Of a DNA stretch of 64,000 nt, positions 1 to 12,677 are shown piece after piece. Below the pieces are notes generated by a model. That model did not search any database, was not told where the DNA came from, and saw only the letters and a program-made list of their open reading frames with translations. The position numbers and the translations under genes were made by a program. Source of the DNA: Balamuthia mandrillaris (Eukaryota); NCBI GenBank assembly GCA_031835245.2, contig JAVKOQ020000107.1:1-64000 (forward strand). Reading direction: 5' to 3'. Position 1 is the stretch's first letter. Each line of letters opens with the position of its first letter.

Positions 1-596
1 ATCCCCACACTTTGCTTTGCTCGATAAAGCATGGCAAAAGGCGATGCTCTGCCGCAGACACGGCACCAAGCAAACCAACCAGTAAAAGCAAGGCGTACCT
101 TAGAAAAACTGGCCGTATGTTAAAGGAGTGAAGCACGTTGAGCTGTGCTCTGAGCTCACTGTAAGCCGTCTGCTGTAGCTGAGCTACTTGCGTCTGGTGT
201 CTATTCACCACCACCACCCCCACCGATTGCCTCAATGAGAAAAAAGATCTGACCGTCACTGACCACACAAGAAAACAAGAAGCATAGCAAAACTTACACA
301 TAGCTGACGTGTTGGCCACACCCACACACCGCCTGAAAGGCTTTGGGCTCTGGAGAGGTAAAGCTCCAAAGGGAGGCGCAGAGCCGCTGTGCCTCCCCTT
401 CATGCCTTTGCTTGTGCAGCAAAGTGGAAGAGTGCAGAGCAGAGGCCGTCACCAAGTTTTGAGTAAGAGAGGCCGCTTCATCCCTCTCCTCCTGGTCATG
501 GTGGGTACCAACCGCCGTGGGTGCTGCCTCTTCCTTGGTTCCAGTGGCAGTGGCAGCAGGCAAAGGGAAGAGGGGGGTTGGCTCCTCCTCCTCCAT
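1..596 (-). CDS. Hypothetical protein, 5' part (runs off the window start)
   Basis: ORF MEEEEPTPLF... ends at a GTAAGT donor (~297). Exons ~99-201 (HQTQVAQLQQTAYSELRAQLNVLHSFNIRPVFL) and 1-~49 join in frame via GT-AG introns. No family recognised. Confidence 0.55.
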
Positions 597-929
597 TTCT
601 TATGAACGTGCAGGCTGGCCTCCAGCGGGGGAGGAGAGCAGAAGGAGGTGCGAGAGGGGGAGGGGAAGAGGAGGGTAGGGAAAGGGAAAGGGTTCAGCTG
701 GCTGGCTGTGTGGCCTGCCTGCTCTCTGTGTGTGTGTTGTGTGAATACCATTCATCGTGACGACACAGAAAGGAGGTACACGTCACCATGCAGCCCTCCT
801 GCTGCTGCTGAAGCGCTGCTGCTGCTGAGCAGGTGCAGCCAAAAAAACAGGGACCGCAAGCCAAGCAGCAGAGGGAGAGGGCAGGAGGAGAGGGGGAGAG
901 TGCGCGCCTTGCCTTTGTGTGTGCCTGCC

Positions 930-2516
930 ATGAGTAAGCGACTGTCCCACAGCAAGAAAGCACAAAACCCGCAGGCAACTGCCACTGGTGCCACCGGTGG
1001 AGGAAGCCAACCAGCCACAACCGCTGCTGCTGGGAAGAAGCAAAGCAGCAAGGAGCAGGAGCTGCACCACACAAAGGAAGAAGCGTCCGCACAGCTGTCT
1101 CACCGTCTGAACTGCCCTTTGTTTTCTCTAAGTCTTTCCACACGAACCAAGGGGCGATCCGTTAAGGAAGAAGAGCTATTCCTCTGCGTGGGTGGTGGTG
1201 GCGGCCCTGGCAGGACCGGTGTTGGTAATGTTTTGGCCTTTTATAAGGTGGATGGAGGTGGAGCCCTCCTCCCCTGGTTCCAACACGATATGGGAGAGGA
1301 AGCCGTTTACCACTTGCAACTTCACCCAAAGGTTTGCTATTGGAAGTTTAATAACGCTGCTGCTACAACGTTCTTACCAACTAACCACAGGAGGCCTGCT
1401 TGCTGTGTGGCGTTGGCACGAGTGCGTGTCGTGTTTATTCCTTTGACAAGAATAATGGGTATCTCTCTCTCTCTATCTCTCTCTCTTCGCTTCTTTTTCC
1501 CTCATGCTGTCCCACCCATCAATAGCGGGAACGTTGAACTGCAAAACGAGTTTCAAACAGACTTTGCGAAGAGTGACAGTGAACAGGTAAGCAAGAGCTG
1601 CTCTTCTCAGACAGCGTTGCTGGGTGCCATGCCATATGCTTACCTTTGTTCGGCTTTGTGAATGAAACACGCCACCCAGAAAATAGTAATCTTCAACAGA
1701 GAAGGAGATAGAGCGGCAACTGCTGGTACTGACGGTGTTATACGTGTTTGGCAGTGGCCTTCTTGCAAACAAGTCAAGTTGAAGCACACAATGGATGCCT
1801 ATTCTACCTCTGGCGCTGCCGTTACTGCGCTGGATTACTCACCTGATGGTACAATGGTACGAGAAACCTTATCCTTCATTTAGCATTTCTTCTTGTTCTT
1901 CTCGTTCTTCTTGTTCTTCTTTCTTCCTCAACTCTGTTTAAAATGGTAGCTAGCGAGCATAAGCAGCGAAGGCGACGCCATGTTGCGGGTATGGAACGCT
2001 ACCACTGGACAATGTGTTCAAGAGACATTGCCTCCTGGTCACAACAAAGGGCTCCGTTTTCGAGGCTGCCTCTTCTCTCCAGATGAAAATCACATGTTTA
2101 CCGCTCAAACCAAAGGTCGCTCTGATAGCTTTATCACAAAGTGGCGAAGACAGAAGGATTCGTGGATACCTTGCAAGACAAGCCTTGCTCATAAGCGCCT
2201 AAAAGGTGCCTGTACCGCGTTGGCTGTAAGGTTGGTTGCTTACTTTCTCCCGACTTGAGCGCGTGAGTGGCTTTCTCCCTTACTTATAAATCACCTCCTA
2301 GTCCCAATGGCGAGTACGTGGCAACAGGAACCGCGGAGGGAGAGTTAGCCATCTTCAGGGCAAAGGACTTATGTTGGATTTTCCGAAAGGATGTGCACGG
2401 TTTCTTCATTTCTAGGCTTGCCTTCTCCCCAGATTCTTCACTGCTGTTTTCTACCTCAGGCGACTACTCCGTGGTTGCAACAAAAGTTGAATCTACCAGA
2501 GGTACCGCGTCTCTTG

Positions 2517-2555
<39 letters not shown>

Positions 2556-2660
2556 CTGATGGCTTGTGCAACAGGTATCCTATCACAATACGGGGCAACG
2601 CTGTTCTGGGTGGTTGCGTTGTTGCTGCTCATCATTGCCGTTCTACTTTTTCGGGCCTGA
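930..2660 (+). CDS. SEC12: Sec12/PREB-like WD40 guanine-nucleotide exchange factor for Sar1 (multi-exon, C-terminal TM)
   Basis: GGGGGPGRTGVGN K-loop-like motif; WD40 repeats (TAGTDGVIRVW, LDYSPDG, FRGCLFS, LAFSPDS); C-terminal hydrophobic anchor LFWVVALLLLIIAVLLF; TGA at 2658-2660. Confidence 0.8.
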
Positions 2661-2844
2661 TCCATAAGCTGCAGAGAAGGATGCAGTGCTGGTTTTAATA
2701 ACAGTAACACTGCCAAAAGGATGCGCCTGAGCCTCTGTTTATATTTCTAAAAGGATGCGTCATCATCCGCTTACATTCTCCTAATCAGAACAGTGGTGTA
2801 TTGTTCGAAATTTGAGATGTGCAGTCCTGTAACGTTGTTATTGC

Positions 2845-4815
2845 TCATTCAGAACCACCAGGCATGCCGAAAGCAGAAGCAAAGGCTTCCACATCCTCCT
2901 TAAGGGCCTGTCAGAGGCAGAGGATAAAATATGATCAGAGGAATGGCGCACACAATTTAAGAGTAACGGTCAAAGCTCAACCACAACCGCCATCAAGAAA
3001 CAAACATACCTTAAGCTTTGGGTTTACGGGAAGGGCAGCCAAGAAGTCCTTGAGGAGCTTGCCGCTCTGGCTTTGTATCTCGATGGCAGCCTGAACTCCG
3101 CGGTGCAGGAACTCGGCCACTTGCTCAAAGTCCTTCTCGGAGAGGCCACGAGAGGTCATGGCAGCAGTACCCAACCGCACACCACCAGGGGCAAGAGCGC
3201 TCACATCGCCATAGATGGCGTTCTTGTTGACAGAGATGCTAACATGCTCAAACAGCTTCTCGAGCTTGCTGCCGGTCATACCTTGCTTGCGTACATCCCA
3301 CAACACAATGTGGTTGTCGGTTCCGCCAGTCACTATGTCGTAGCCTCGGGACTTGAGGCTTTCTGCCAATTGCTTAGCATTGCTCTTCAACTGAATGACA
3401 TACTGCTTAAACTTAGGTGTTTGGGCCTCCTTGAGAGCCACAGCTACGCCCGCTACCACGTGTTCGTGGGGGCCACCTTGCAAGCTTGGAAATACTGCAA
3501 AGTTAATGCGATCCTCTAAATCATATTTCTGTCCTTCAATTGGGCTACTTGTGAAATGTTAAGGCCAATATTGGTCGGCAGAGGAATTAAGACGGAGGGA
3601 GTAAGGTAGAGAAAAAGAGACACATAAACAATAAAGGATATCAGAGCTGTCCAACTTTGGTCCCCTGCGGAAGAAAATCATTCCAGAGCGAGGACCCCGC
3701 AGAGTCTTGTGGGTTGTTGTGGTCACCACGTCACAATACTCGAAGGGGTTGTTACATTCCTATTAGCAATACCTTGTGTTACATACATCTTTGCTTTCAG
3801 TAGTGACAAGGGTAAGAGGTGTACCTGTGCCGCAACCAAGCCGCTGAAGTGGGCCATGTCGCACATGAGGTAAGCGCCATGTTTGTCAGCGATCTTTCGG
3901 AGACGGGCATAATCCCAGTCCCTTGGGTACGCGCTAGCTCCACAAATAATGAGCTTGGGCCTGAACAGAGCCGCATTCTCTTCCAGCTTGTCATAGTCTA
4001 TCAATCCTGTTTGCTATAACGTCAGAAGGAAAGAGTCAGTCATTACACAGGCACATTGGAAACCACTCTACCAAAACTGAAAGCCACACAACAACAAAAA
4101 TACAAAGCGAACAAACACAAACACAAGGTAGGGGAGCGAGCCACGCACCGGGCTGACTTGGTAGGGCATTGACTCGAAAAAGATGGAAGTGGCAGAAATC
4201 TTTTTCTTGTCAGTTTGGTAGCCATGTGTCAAACTGCGATAGCAAAGAGAGATCACGGATGAATTGAGTAAGGGAGAGAAGGAGCGGGAACAACCAAACT
4301 CTCAGTAAACAAGGGAGAAGAGGAGGTACGGAACTGTCCACCAGAGGGCAAGTCTAGACCCATGATGCGGTCATGGGGGTTCAGCAGACCGGTATACACA
4401 GCAAAGTTAGCAGGGCTGCCGCTGTAAGGCTGCACGTTAGCGCTCCACTGGGCTGGGTCCAAGTGGAAGGTCTTCAGGGCCCGCTCAATGCAGAGGTTTT
4501 CCAGCTCGTCCACCACTTCATTGCCGCCGTAGTAGCGCTTGCCGGGCAAACCCTCCGAGTACTTGTTGGTGAAGCAGGAGCCCACTGCCTCCATCACTGC
4601 CCTCGAAGTAAAGTTCTGTTGGATCGATGCAACACGCCAAAACATTGTAAGAGGAAATGGCGGCACAGACTTGAGTGAGCGATAGCTAGATGACATACCT
4701 CGGAAGCGATGAGCTCTATTCCGCAGACCTGTCTCTTTTTCTCACGGCGGACGAGAGCGGCGACCTCCTCGTCGGCCTCAACCAGCGGAGCCTGTCCTGC
4801 AACTTGCGCCATCAT
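2845..4815 (-). CDS. SHMT: Serine hydroxymethyltransferase (multi-exon)
   Basis: [47 protein letters not shown]-lysine motif [32 protein letters not shown]. Confidence 0.97.
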
Positions 4816-5149
4816 CTTGCGTGTAGGTATGCGACTGCGAGAGAAGAAGAGCTGCTTGCAAACAACAACAGTGCTACTAGCAACCGCCAGAAGGGGAAAG
4901 GAGGATGCTTTTGTGCCGACAGGGTGACCCTGGTCTGTCTGCCAGTGATGACGAAGTGCTACAGCTGCACTGGCCACTCGAGGGGTGACAGCTGCCAGCG
5001 GTGCAACTGGAATGTTTGGCATGATGGCTATGGGCGGAATGCCAGGCAGCGGGCTGCGAGTGGAAAAGAAAGACAACAACAAAAGCACACCACCACCACC
5101 CCTACCCCACCCAACCCCACACGACACAAAAAACAAAGCAGGTTTCACC

Positions 5150-7350
5150 ATGTTGCAGGACCTTATCTCCAGTATGAAGGTTTGCCTATTTGTTCTTGTG
5201 CGTGTGTTGAAGAAATTTGCCAACTTTTATCTTCGTGCAGACGGTTGGGGAAGGGCGTGATGGAGAGATGAACATCCCCATCGACATACACTACCACAAG
5301 CTGCTGGAGTGGCTCCTCGACCGACATAAAATACGCCCCAACTGGCGAAAGGAGCTGAAGGACGTGCACACCAAACTTAACAAGGCTAGCGAGCATCTTC
5401 CAGAAGATGCTCGTATCCAGGGCATACTGTCTTCTATCCCCAAAACTGGTTCTTTCGCTCTTTCTCTCTTTCTCTCTGCCTTTTCTGTCCTGTCCCTTAC
5501 GTTCGTTTTTGGGTTAGATGATGAAGTGCCACTGAACTATTTTGCATGTGTTAAGATCTTTGAAGTATTGCGAGAGCTTGAGCCTGAAAACAAGAACATG
5601 TTTGGGCAATATACCTCCAAATTGCTCAAAGAATGGCATGACCTTTTGAAAGCATATGAACATAACCTCTTATATCTTGGAGAGGCTTCTCAGCTGCTCA
5701 TCTCCAACGTCAAATATGAACTGTACGTTATATTTTGGCTTTTTAGTTTGCTTTTCAACAACTCAATGGCCAGGAATTCATGCAGACCATCATTGAAGAA
5801 GAAGCTGGATCGATCCCAGAAACAAATGGAAGAGTTAGAAAGAAAAGAAGTGGAATACAATAAAGGGGCGCTGGAGAACCGTAAAAAATACGAGCAAGAG
5901 TGCGCTGACATTGGAATAGAGGCATAGATCTCCCTCTTTATGTTACCGTTTTTTTTTCTCGCCTAACCACGGCGCCGCCATTAGGGCAAGAATGTTAGAG
6001 AAGAATTGCAGCAATTGGTATCGGAGCTTCCCGACCTTTTGGCTGAAGTAGTTGCCACCATACATAGTGACGACCGTATGGCCCAAGCCCGCGACCTCTA
6101 TAAAGCCTTCGCGGAGTATACATTCAATTTTGCTGGACAGGTTCGCTTCATCTGTACCTCTACCGAATTCGTCATAGTTTGACTCACTATGTTCATCTGT
6201 TTCACTCGGTAGGGCAAGTCAAATACTAGGGTCGAAGTGTGCCCCACGCTGACCTATGTTATAGAGCTTGGCAACGCTGCAGCCTCAGCTCTACTGCCTG
6301 CCTCTGAAATACAGAACATCACAAGCTCTGCTTCTGGAAGTAGTGCTGAAGCAGTCCCAACGGTAATAGACTGGGGTGAAGGAGAGCAGATAAACAATGA
6401 AACAGCTCCCCTTGAAATTGATTGGGGCGACATTGTTGCTCAGTTCGATGTGGTAGAAGCGAGCGAAGGTGACAAAGAAAAAGAGACAGAGGAAGAGCAC
6501 AAGCCCGGGGAAGGTTTAACTGTGGACTTTCCTGCTGAGAATGGGAGTTCGAGCAATCCAATTGAAATTAATTGGGACATCAGCATCGAGTCAGAGGGAA
6601 GTGTGGAACCAACACCGGACTCCAACTTGCCGCGCGAGGAGCATGTCCCTTCTTCAAGTCAACAGGAAACCCCTTCACGGCAAGAAACCATTCTTGAAAA
6701 TACAAAGTTGCGCCTTTCTTTCTTGGACGATCTTCACGAGGTACACTACTTCCACCAGAACAAAGTCATTATGTCTATCAAATGATGATAGATGTTAATA
6801 CGGTAATGTATACAGTTGAGGGCGTTCTTGCAGCAGCGGCTGGTGGAGGGCAAAGGGGGTGGCGATTTTAACACGATGAACGAGATAGCCATGTCTGCTC
6901 CGGCCGCAATCCGACAACATGATGAATTTTCTCTCTCCGGTCTCTTAAAGAAAGTGGACGAGATAATGGATGGCATGAATCGATCCCGTCTCCGTCATAT
7001 TATCGATATCAAAAACTCAAAACGGTTGGTACCTCTTCCTTTCCTACTTCTTCGGTGATATTGGTGGTATAAGGGCTGAGTGATTAACATTAATATTCTA
7101 TCGCAGTTATGCGGACAGATTGGCGAGCTCAATAGGGCAGAACATGATTTTAGCCAATACGCTCGCTGCCTCTGCTGTTGACCTTCAAAGAAAAAAACAA
7201 GAGCTACAGGACAGCATCAGCCAAACCTATCCCCGCATTGCCGCCGTGTCCGCCCTTGTCGCCTCTCTCAAAAAGGAGGTAGAGGCTTCCCTCTCCAAAC
7301 TTTACTCAGGGCGAACGGTGCGCCTTATTGGTGACATTTCCAACTTTTGA
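5150..7350 (+). CDS. CDK5RAP3: CDK5RAP3/C53 (UFMylation/ER-phagy factor), multi-exon
   Basis: IPIDIHYHKLLEWLLDR N-terminus, KNMFGQY, YLGEASQLLISNVKYE, IDWG motifs in an acidic linker, C-terminus EASLSKLYSGRTVRLIGDI. First exon (ATG 5150) inferred via intron 5180-5240. Confidence 0.92.
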
Positions 7351-7441
7351 TCGAATATATTGTTCCAAATCATTTCTTCGTCTCTTCTTGTCTCCTCTCT
7401 CTCTCTCTCTCTCTTCCTTTCTCTCTCTCTCTCTCTTCCTT

Positions 7442-7472
<31 letters not shown>

Positions 7473-7556
7473 GTCTCATGGCCGCTGGGTTTGTTCTGTT
7501 CCCATATTATTAAAGAGGGAGAGGAACCAACAACAACAACAGGGTCGTGTTGTGCC

Positions 7557-8904
7557 TCAAAAGAGTAAATCACTATCCTCAGCACCAGTCGCCACAACAG
7601 AACTGCTGGATGGCATCAATGTTTCTTCCACATCTTTTTCTACTTGCCCTATTTAGTTGGATAGAGTGGATTAGGAGTAAAACTCTAACCTGTGGGGAAA
7701 AAAAAGATACCTCGCTCTGCTGCGCGTTTTTTGAGTTCGGCTTCTCTTGCCTTGAAAGCGATCTCTTTCTTCTTTTGAATCATTTTCAGCCTTTTTATCA
7801 TCAATGGCAATTGTTAGCACCAAAGAGAGAGAGAGAGAGAGAGAGAGAGAATAGGAGTGCAGTGTTGCAAAGCGCCCACGAGTGAAGCAAAACATACCTG
7901 TAAAACTCTTCTCTTTCTCGCTCGTCCAATTCGGTAAGTACATATTTGATAGTATTCTCGAGGCGTGGGATTACCACATTTTCAATAGCGTTTACTCTTC
8001 TGTTTGTAACCTTGATGACTTCATCTAATGTGACAAAAGCAGTCTAGGGAGAGGAAGTCAGAGATGGTTAGAAAAAGGGTGGAACAGAGAGATGTTTGGC
8101 CGTGTAAGCGAACGCTTCACAGTACCTGGAGCGAGGCAAGCTCAACAAGGGCTTCAAGAGCTCTAACGTAAGTCTCACGCGACTTATTGATGTCCTGTCC
8201 TCCTTTAGATAAACCGTGAAGCTTGTCTTGGGCTACAAGAGAGAAGTCAGACAAGTGGAATAGGACGAACAAGAAAGCAGCCCGAGTGAAACGTACGGAT
8301 GTTGCCTCCTTCGTGGTACTGTTTAAAAATGGGCAGATGCACTCCCGCCACGTTATCCTCTCCCATTTTCACTCTGTAGGTAGCTGCACTGACGTTCTCT
8401 AATACGGAAGGCCTGCGCCCAACATAAAGGCAATTTTTTTTGTTCGTTGTTGAGTGCAAAGGGAAGGGAGAGTGGGAGGAGAGAAGCGGAGAGAAGTATA
8501 CGCTATTTCACCGGCGTGGTATTTAGCCGATGCAAGAGAGAAATGAGCTTTTCTCATCTCTTCACCCATAATTTCTTTATTCTGCGGCGTAAAGATAGAG
8601 GTAGGATCAGCCTTACGCTCACAAAACCTTCGAGAAATGCACAAACCTTGATGATTTCTTTAAGAATAGCCCTGAATCTCATTACGAGAGCGTCAGCTTT
8701 CTTCTTCAACAGGTCGTGTCCCGTTTTGGCGCCCTTCAATTTGCCTTTCAGCATTTGGAGCGCCCTGCGCCGCACCAACAACAACAACAACGCACACAAA
8801 GGGCCAAACAGCCACATTAGTCAAACGGAGGCAGAAAAAAGAGAGCAAAAAAAAGGACACACGAACATTCTGGTCGGGAACACATTGAGTCGCTTCTCAG
8901 CCAT
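7557..8904 (-). CDS. ATP6V1D: V-type proton ATPase subunit D
   Basis: RLNVFPTRM...[63 protein letters not shown]. Confidence 0.96.
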
Positions 8905-9436
8905 TTGTGTCGCTGGTTGTTTCCCTTGGGGAAGGAAGAAGCAGACTTCTGGTAGGTGTCTGCTCGGCTTTGTGTTGAGGTTGTGGCTGGCGCCTCTTTT
9001 CCTTTTTTTCCTTCCTTTCTTTTTTTTTTTTTGGCAATAATAACCAACGCGGTGGCGCCCAACTACGGCTGAAAATGCTGTGGCCAACCCTCTCGCTGCC
9101 AGATGGATGGCGCTGCGCCGTTTTGTGAAAAGGTGAAACCAAAAGGTGCTGAAATCTGTCCGCAGGGACGCATCAAGTAGCGAAGAAAGCCCATGTGATG
9201 ATGATACTCATACAACCTCTGGAAGCACCAGAATGGGTCCAAGAGCAAGCTTGCTATAAACCATTGTTGGTCGTTGGAGCAGGACAAAGCATGAAGGCAA
9301 GGAGGTAGCGCTTATAATCTCTGTGAACTAATAGATTTGGCTAATACATAATAGGTTCACAGTTAAACGAAGAGACACCAAAGCCCCCTTCCCTCCCCTC
9401 CAAAAGGGAAGCAAAAGAAGAAGCACGACCGAAAGA

Positions 9437-10802
9437 ATGGAGCCACCTCGTTGGTATGGCGTAGACCCGTTTCTGTCCTACCTGGGAAATAACTCGGGGA
9501 CAATGCGGTTTACCCTGTGGATTACTTGTTTCATCATTGCCTTATTATGCTTCCGGTTCATGTGCATGGACAGCCACAGCCCTTCTTCAGAATGGAGTAG
9601 TGCTAGAGCTATTTCTCGGTGGCAATACCTTAGAGAGAGCGTTCCAGAAGAGGTATGCACATTATGTAACTCTGCATTGCATGTAGGCCATTCTAACCGA
9701 CAACCTTTACAACCCAAAGAGGGTACCATTGTACATTATAAGAGCCAAAGTAAAGCCCTCTTTTCTGCTGGTGACGAACCAACCTTCCAACACCAACCAC
9801 AAAGGATGGAGCAGCCATATCCTTCACAAGTACGGGGTCATCGAATCGGAGGTGGCAGCCTTCATGAGAAGTCGTTTAGGGCAGGAGAGCCGGGGAAGCG
9901 GGAAAATACCTCCCACTTTGCCAGAGGTTAGCACGGAGCCGTCCCCGTGGAAGCCCAGCAAGGACTGTGATGGGTTGGTGGTCGACATGTTCACAGGGGA
10001 CAGCAACCATGGGTTCTTCAGCCTCTATGCAGCTGCCCTGGGCTGCTCTGTCTATTCGGTGCCGATAGCTTTGGAGGACGGCCACCACCTCAATGCCACC
10101 ACCATTTTGCAACGCTTCAAGTTCTCGGTGGCGCTGAATGGCTTTCAAGAAAGGGTGAAGCTGGCCCCACAGCCAATCACCCTGCTCGCCCATAAGAACC
10201 AAACCACGGAGGCAGCAGGAGCGGCTCTCAACCACAACAACCACAACAACATGCAATTGAGGAACAACCTTCGAAAGCTGCTGAACTTGGGAGGTATGGT
10301 CAAAAGCGACGTGCTGCTGCTTAAGTTGGATGTGCATGGGTTTGAGTACAATGTCATCAAAGCCTCGGCAGACCTCTTCACCCAACACAACGTTGAAAAT
10401 ATCTTGCTAAAGGTCTACACATCGACGTCAGCGCAAGGAGGTTGCTTTGGCATCGCCCAGCTGCTCTATGGCTGGGGGTACGAAGCAAGGCGACTGGAGC
10501 GGCCCTGGAACACTCTTCAGGAAGACCCTGACCTGGAGTTGAAGGTGACCTCCCCGGTGCCTCGCCTCGGGCTTCTGGAATGGAGCAACACGGTGGAGCC
10601 CTGCCAGCGTCCAGATGGCAGCCCCTGCGTCTTTGACTTGTGGTTCACCCGCCAGCGACATTCCTCCCCCAACTTGTTGTCATCCCCTGCCCCTCCTCCA
10701 CCTCCCACCAGCCCTTCTCCTGCGAGTAATGCTGCACCACCATCATCTCCACAAACGCCTTCCTCTCCTCGTCGGCCGTCCTCCTCACCACCACGCCACT
10801 AA
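9437..10802 (+). CDS. Type II membrane FkbM-like (class I SAM) methyltransferase-fold protein
   Basis: N-terminal TM (FTLWITCFIIALLCF); VVDMFTGDSNHGFFSLYAAALGC and LLKLDVHGFEYNVI resemble FkbM motifs (VDVGANxG; LLKIDVEGxE); ends in DLWF followed by a Pro/Ser tail. Confidence 0.6.
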
Positions 10803-10962
10803 CGGCCTCAAAGCACCATGGGGTACAGTTGGCTCAAGAGGGTTGTTATGTTTTCTTCTCTTTGGGTTGAGCAACCCTTCCCTCTCTCCCAGGCCTCCCA
10901 CCCACCCCACCTTTGGTAGTTTTGATATTATTAAATAATATCAAACAAAAGAAATAAGAATA

Positions 10963-12588
10963 ATGGAGAAGGCGGCGCTGCGTCGGCTTGGTGGCGTAGT
11001 GCACTACGGCCTTGCCGCACCACCCTCTCCTTTGTTTTCTGTTTCCTCTCAGCGGCTGTTTGCCACCACTGCCAGCACCAAGCCACCGGTGTGCATTACG
11101 AGAAGGTTGCTGCCAGAGATCCTATCACGCGTAGAGGAACAGTGTGAGGTGCGACACTATTGGGATGAGGAGACCATACCCCTTCCTCCTAACATTCTCA
11201 GAGAGTGGGTTAGGGATTGCCAAGGTTCCCTTCTCTCCACACATCATCGTTGCCTGTCGCTTTCCTTCTTGCGCCTCTCTCTCTCTCTCTCTCTCTCGCG
11301 TATGCTGTCTCTGTTTCTTTCTTCCTTCTCCTTTCCCTCTTTTGCAGAGTTGGCCTCTTTTTCAGTCTTGTCCACGCAGCACATGCACTCTAACCTATTT
11401 CAAAAGGTGTGTATTGCCTGCTGACGGAAAAGATAAGCAAGGACTTGCTGGAAGAAGGGAAAGGGCTAAAGGTGGTATCATCGATGAGCGTTGGCGTGGA
11501 CCATATTGATGTGGAGGCATGCAAGCAGAGAGGCGTAGCGGTGGGACACACGCCTGGTGTGCTCACTGACTCCACGGCAGACATAGCGGTGGCCCTCCTC
11601 TTTGCGGCCACGAGAAGACTGGGAGAAGGCATCGACCTGGTGAAGAAGGGCCAATGGAAGACGTGGTCTCCCTTTTTCATGGCCAGCCCTTTTGATGTGA
11701 CGGGCTGCACGGTTGGTGTGGTGGGTTTGGGCAGAATAGGGGCTGCCTTTGCGGAGCGCATGGCAAGAGGTTTTCGTTGTAAGATCTTATACTGCGGCAG
11801 GCAACCCAAGCCACTAGCTGCCAACATGATCGGAACCTCAGCTGCGGCAGCGTCAGCAGCACCAACGTCCACATCAGCGAGCCCTTCAGCCAACATACCA
11901 GAATACGTCAGCTTTGAGGAGCTGCTACAACGCAGCGATGTGGTGTCGGTGCACTGCCCACTCACTCCTGATACACGGCATATGTTCAACAAGCATGCCT
12001 TTCGTCAAATGAAGAAACATGCTGTGTTGATCAACACAAGCAGAGGCCCTGTCGTTGATGAGGCGGCTCTCTACGAGGCCCTCAAGGATGGGCGTATTGC
12101 AGCGGCTGGTTTAGGTTCGTTGGAGTGCCCTGCTCCTCTGTTGCTTGTAGCAGTCTCTTTTGATTACTAAGCATGCTTGCTACTTTACTTTCATAGATGT
12201 AACCGAAGTGGAGCCCTTAGATCCTTCCTCACCTTTGCTCACCCTTCCTAACGCCGTTGTGTTACCTCATATCGGGAGGTACTGCCGCTCAAACAGCCCT
12301 TCTCCCCTCTTTCTGCCTCTGTACTTACTCTTTCTCTCAATTGTTGCTGATCCCCGCAGTGCAACGGTACCTACCAGAACCAAGGTTTGTCTTTCTTTGC
12401 TCCCCCTTCAACATCAATGCTCTCGCTCAGACGGCTAACTGGTTGCCCCTTTCCTGCTCCTGATATTTTTTGTTTGATTTGTGTGCTGGTGAATGAAGAT
12501 GATGAGCATGGCGGCCGATAATCTGATAGCGGGAGTGCAGGGCAAGGCCATGCCCTTTCCCTTCATAACAACGCCCCCCTCCCTTTAG
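10963..12588 (+). CDS. GRHPR: D-isomer-specific 2-hydroxyacid dehydrogenase (glyoxylate/hydroxypyruvate reductase-like), probable mitochondrial presequence
   Basis: SVGVDHID, TPGVLTDSTAD, GxGxxG (GLGRIG), HCPLT, LINTSRGPVVDE, AAGLDVTEVEP, LPHIGSAT. Confidence 0.9.
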
Positions 12589-12642
12589 TCTGTTTGTCAC
12601 CCCAGTCTACATGTACATAACCTGGAAGCTGCTGGATTTCTA

Positions 12643-12677
<35 letters not shown>

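Noticed and set aside
648..929. N-terminal extension of SEC12 in the ORF track
   Set aside because: Begins at a GTG in low-complexity divergent-promoter sequence; ATG 930 is the more plausible start.
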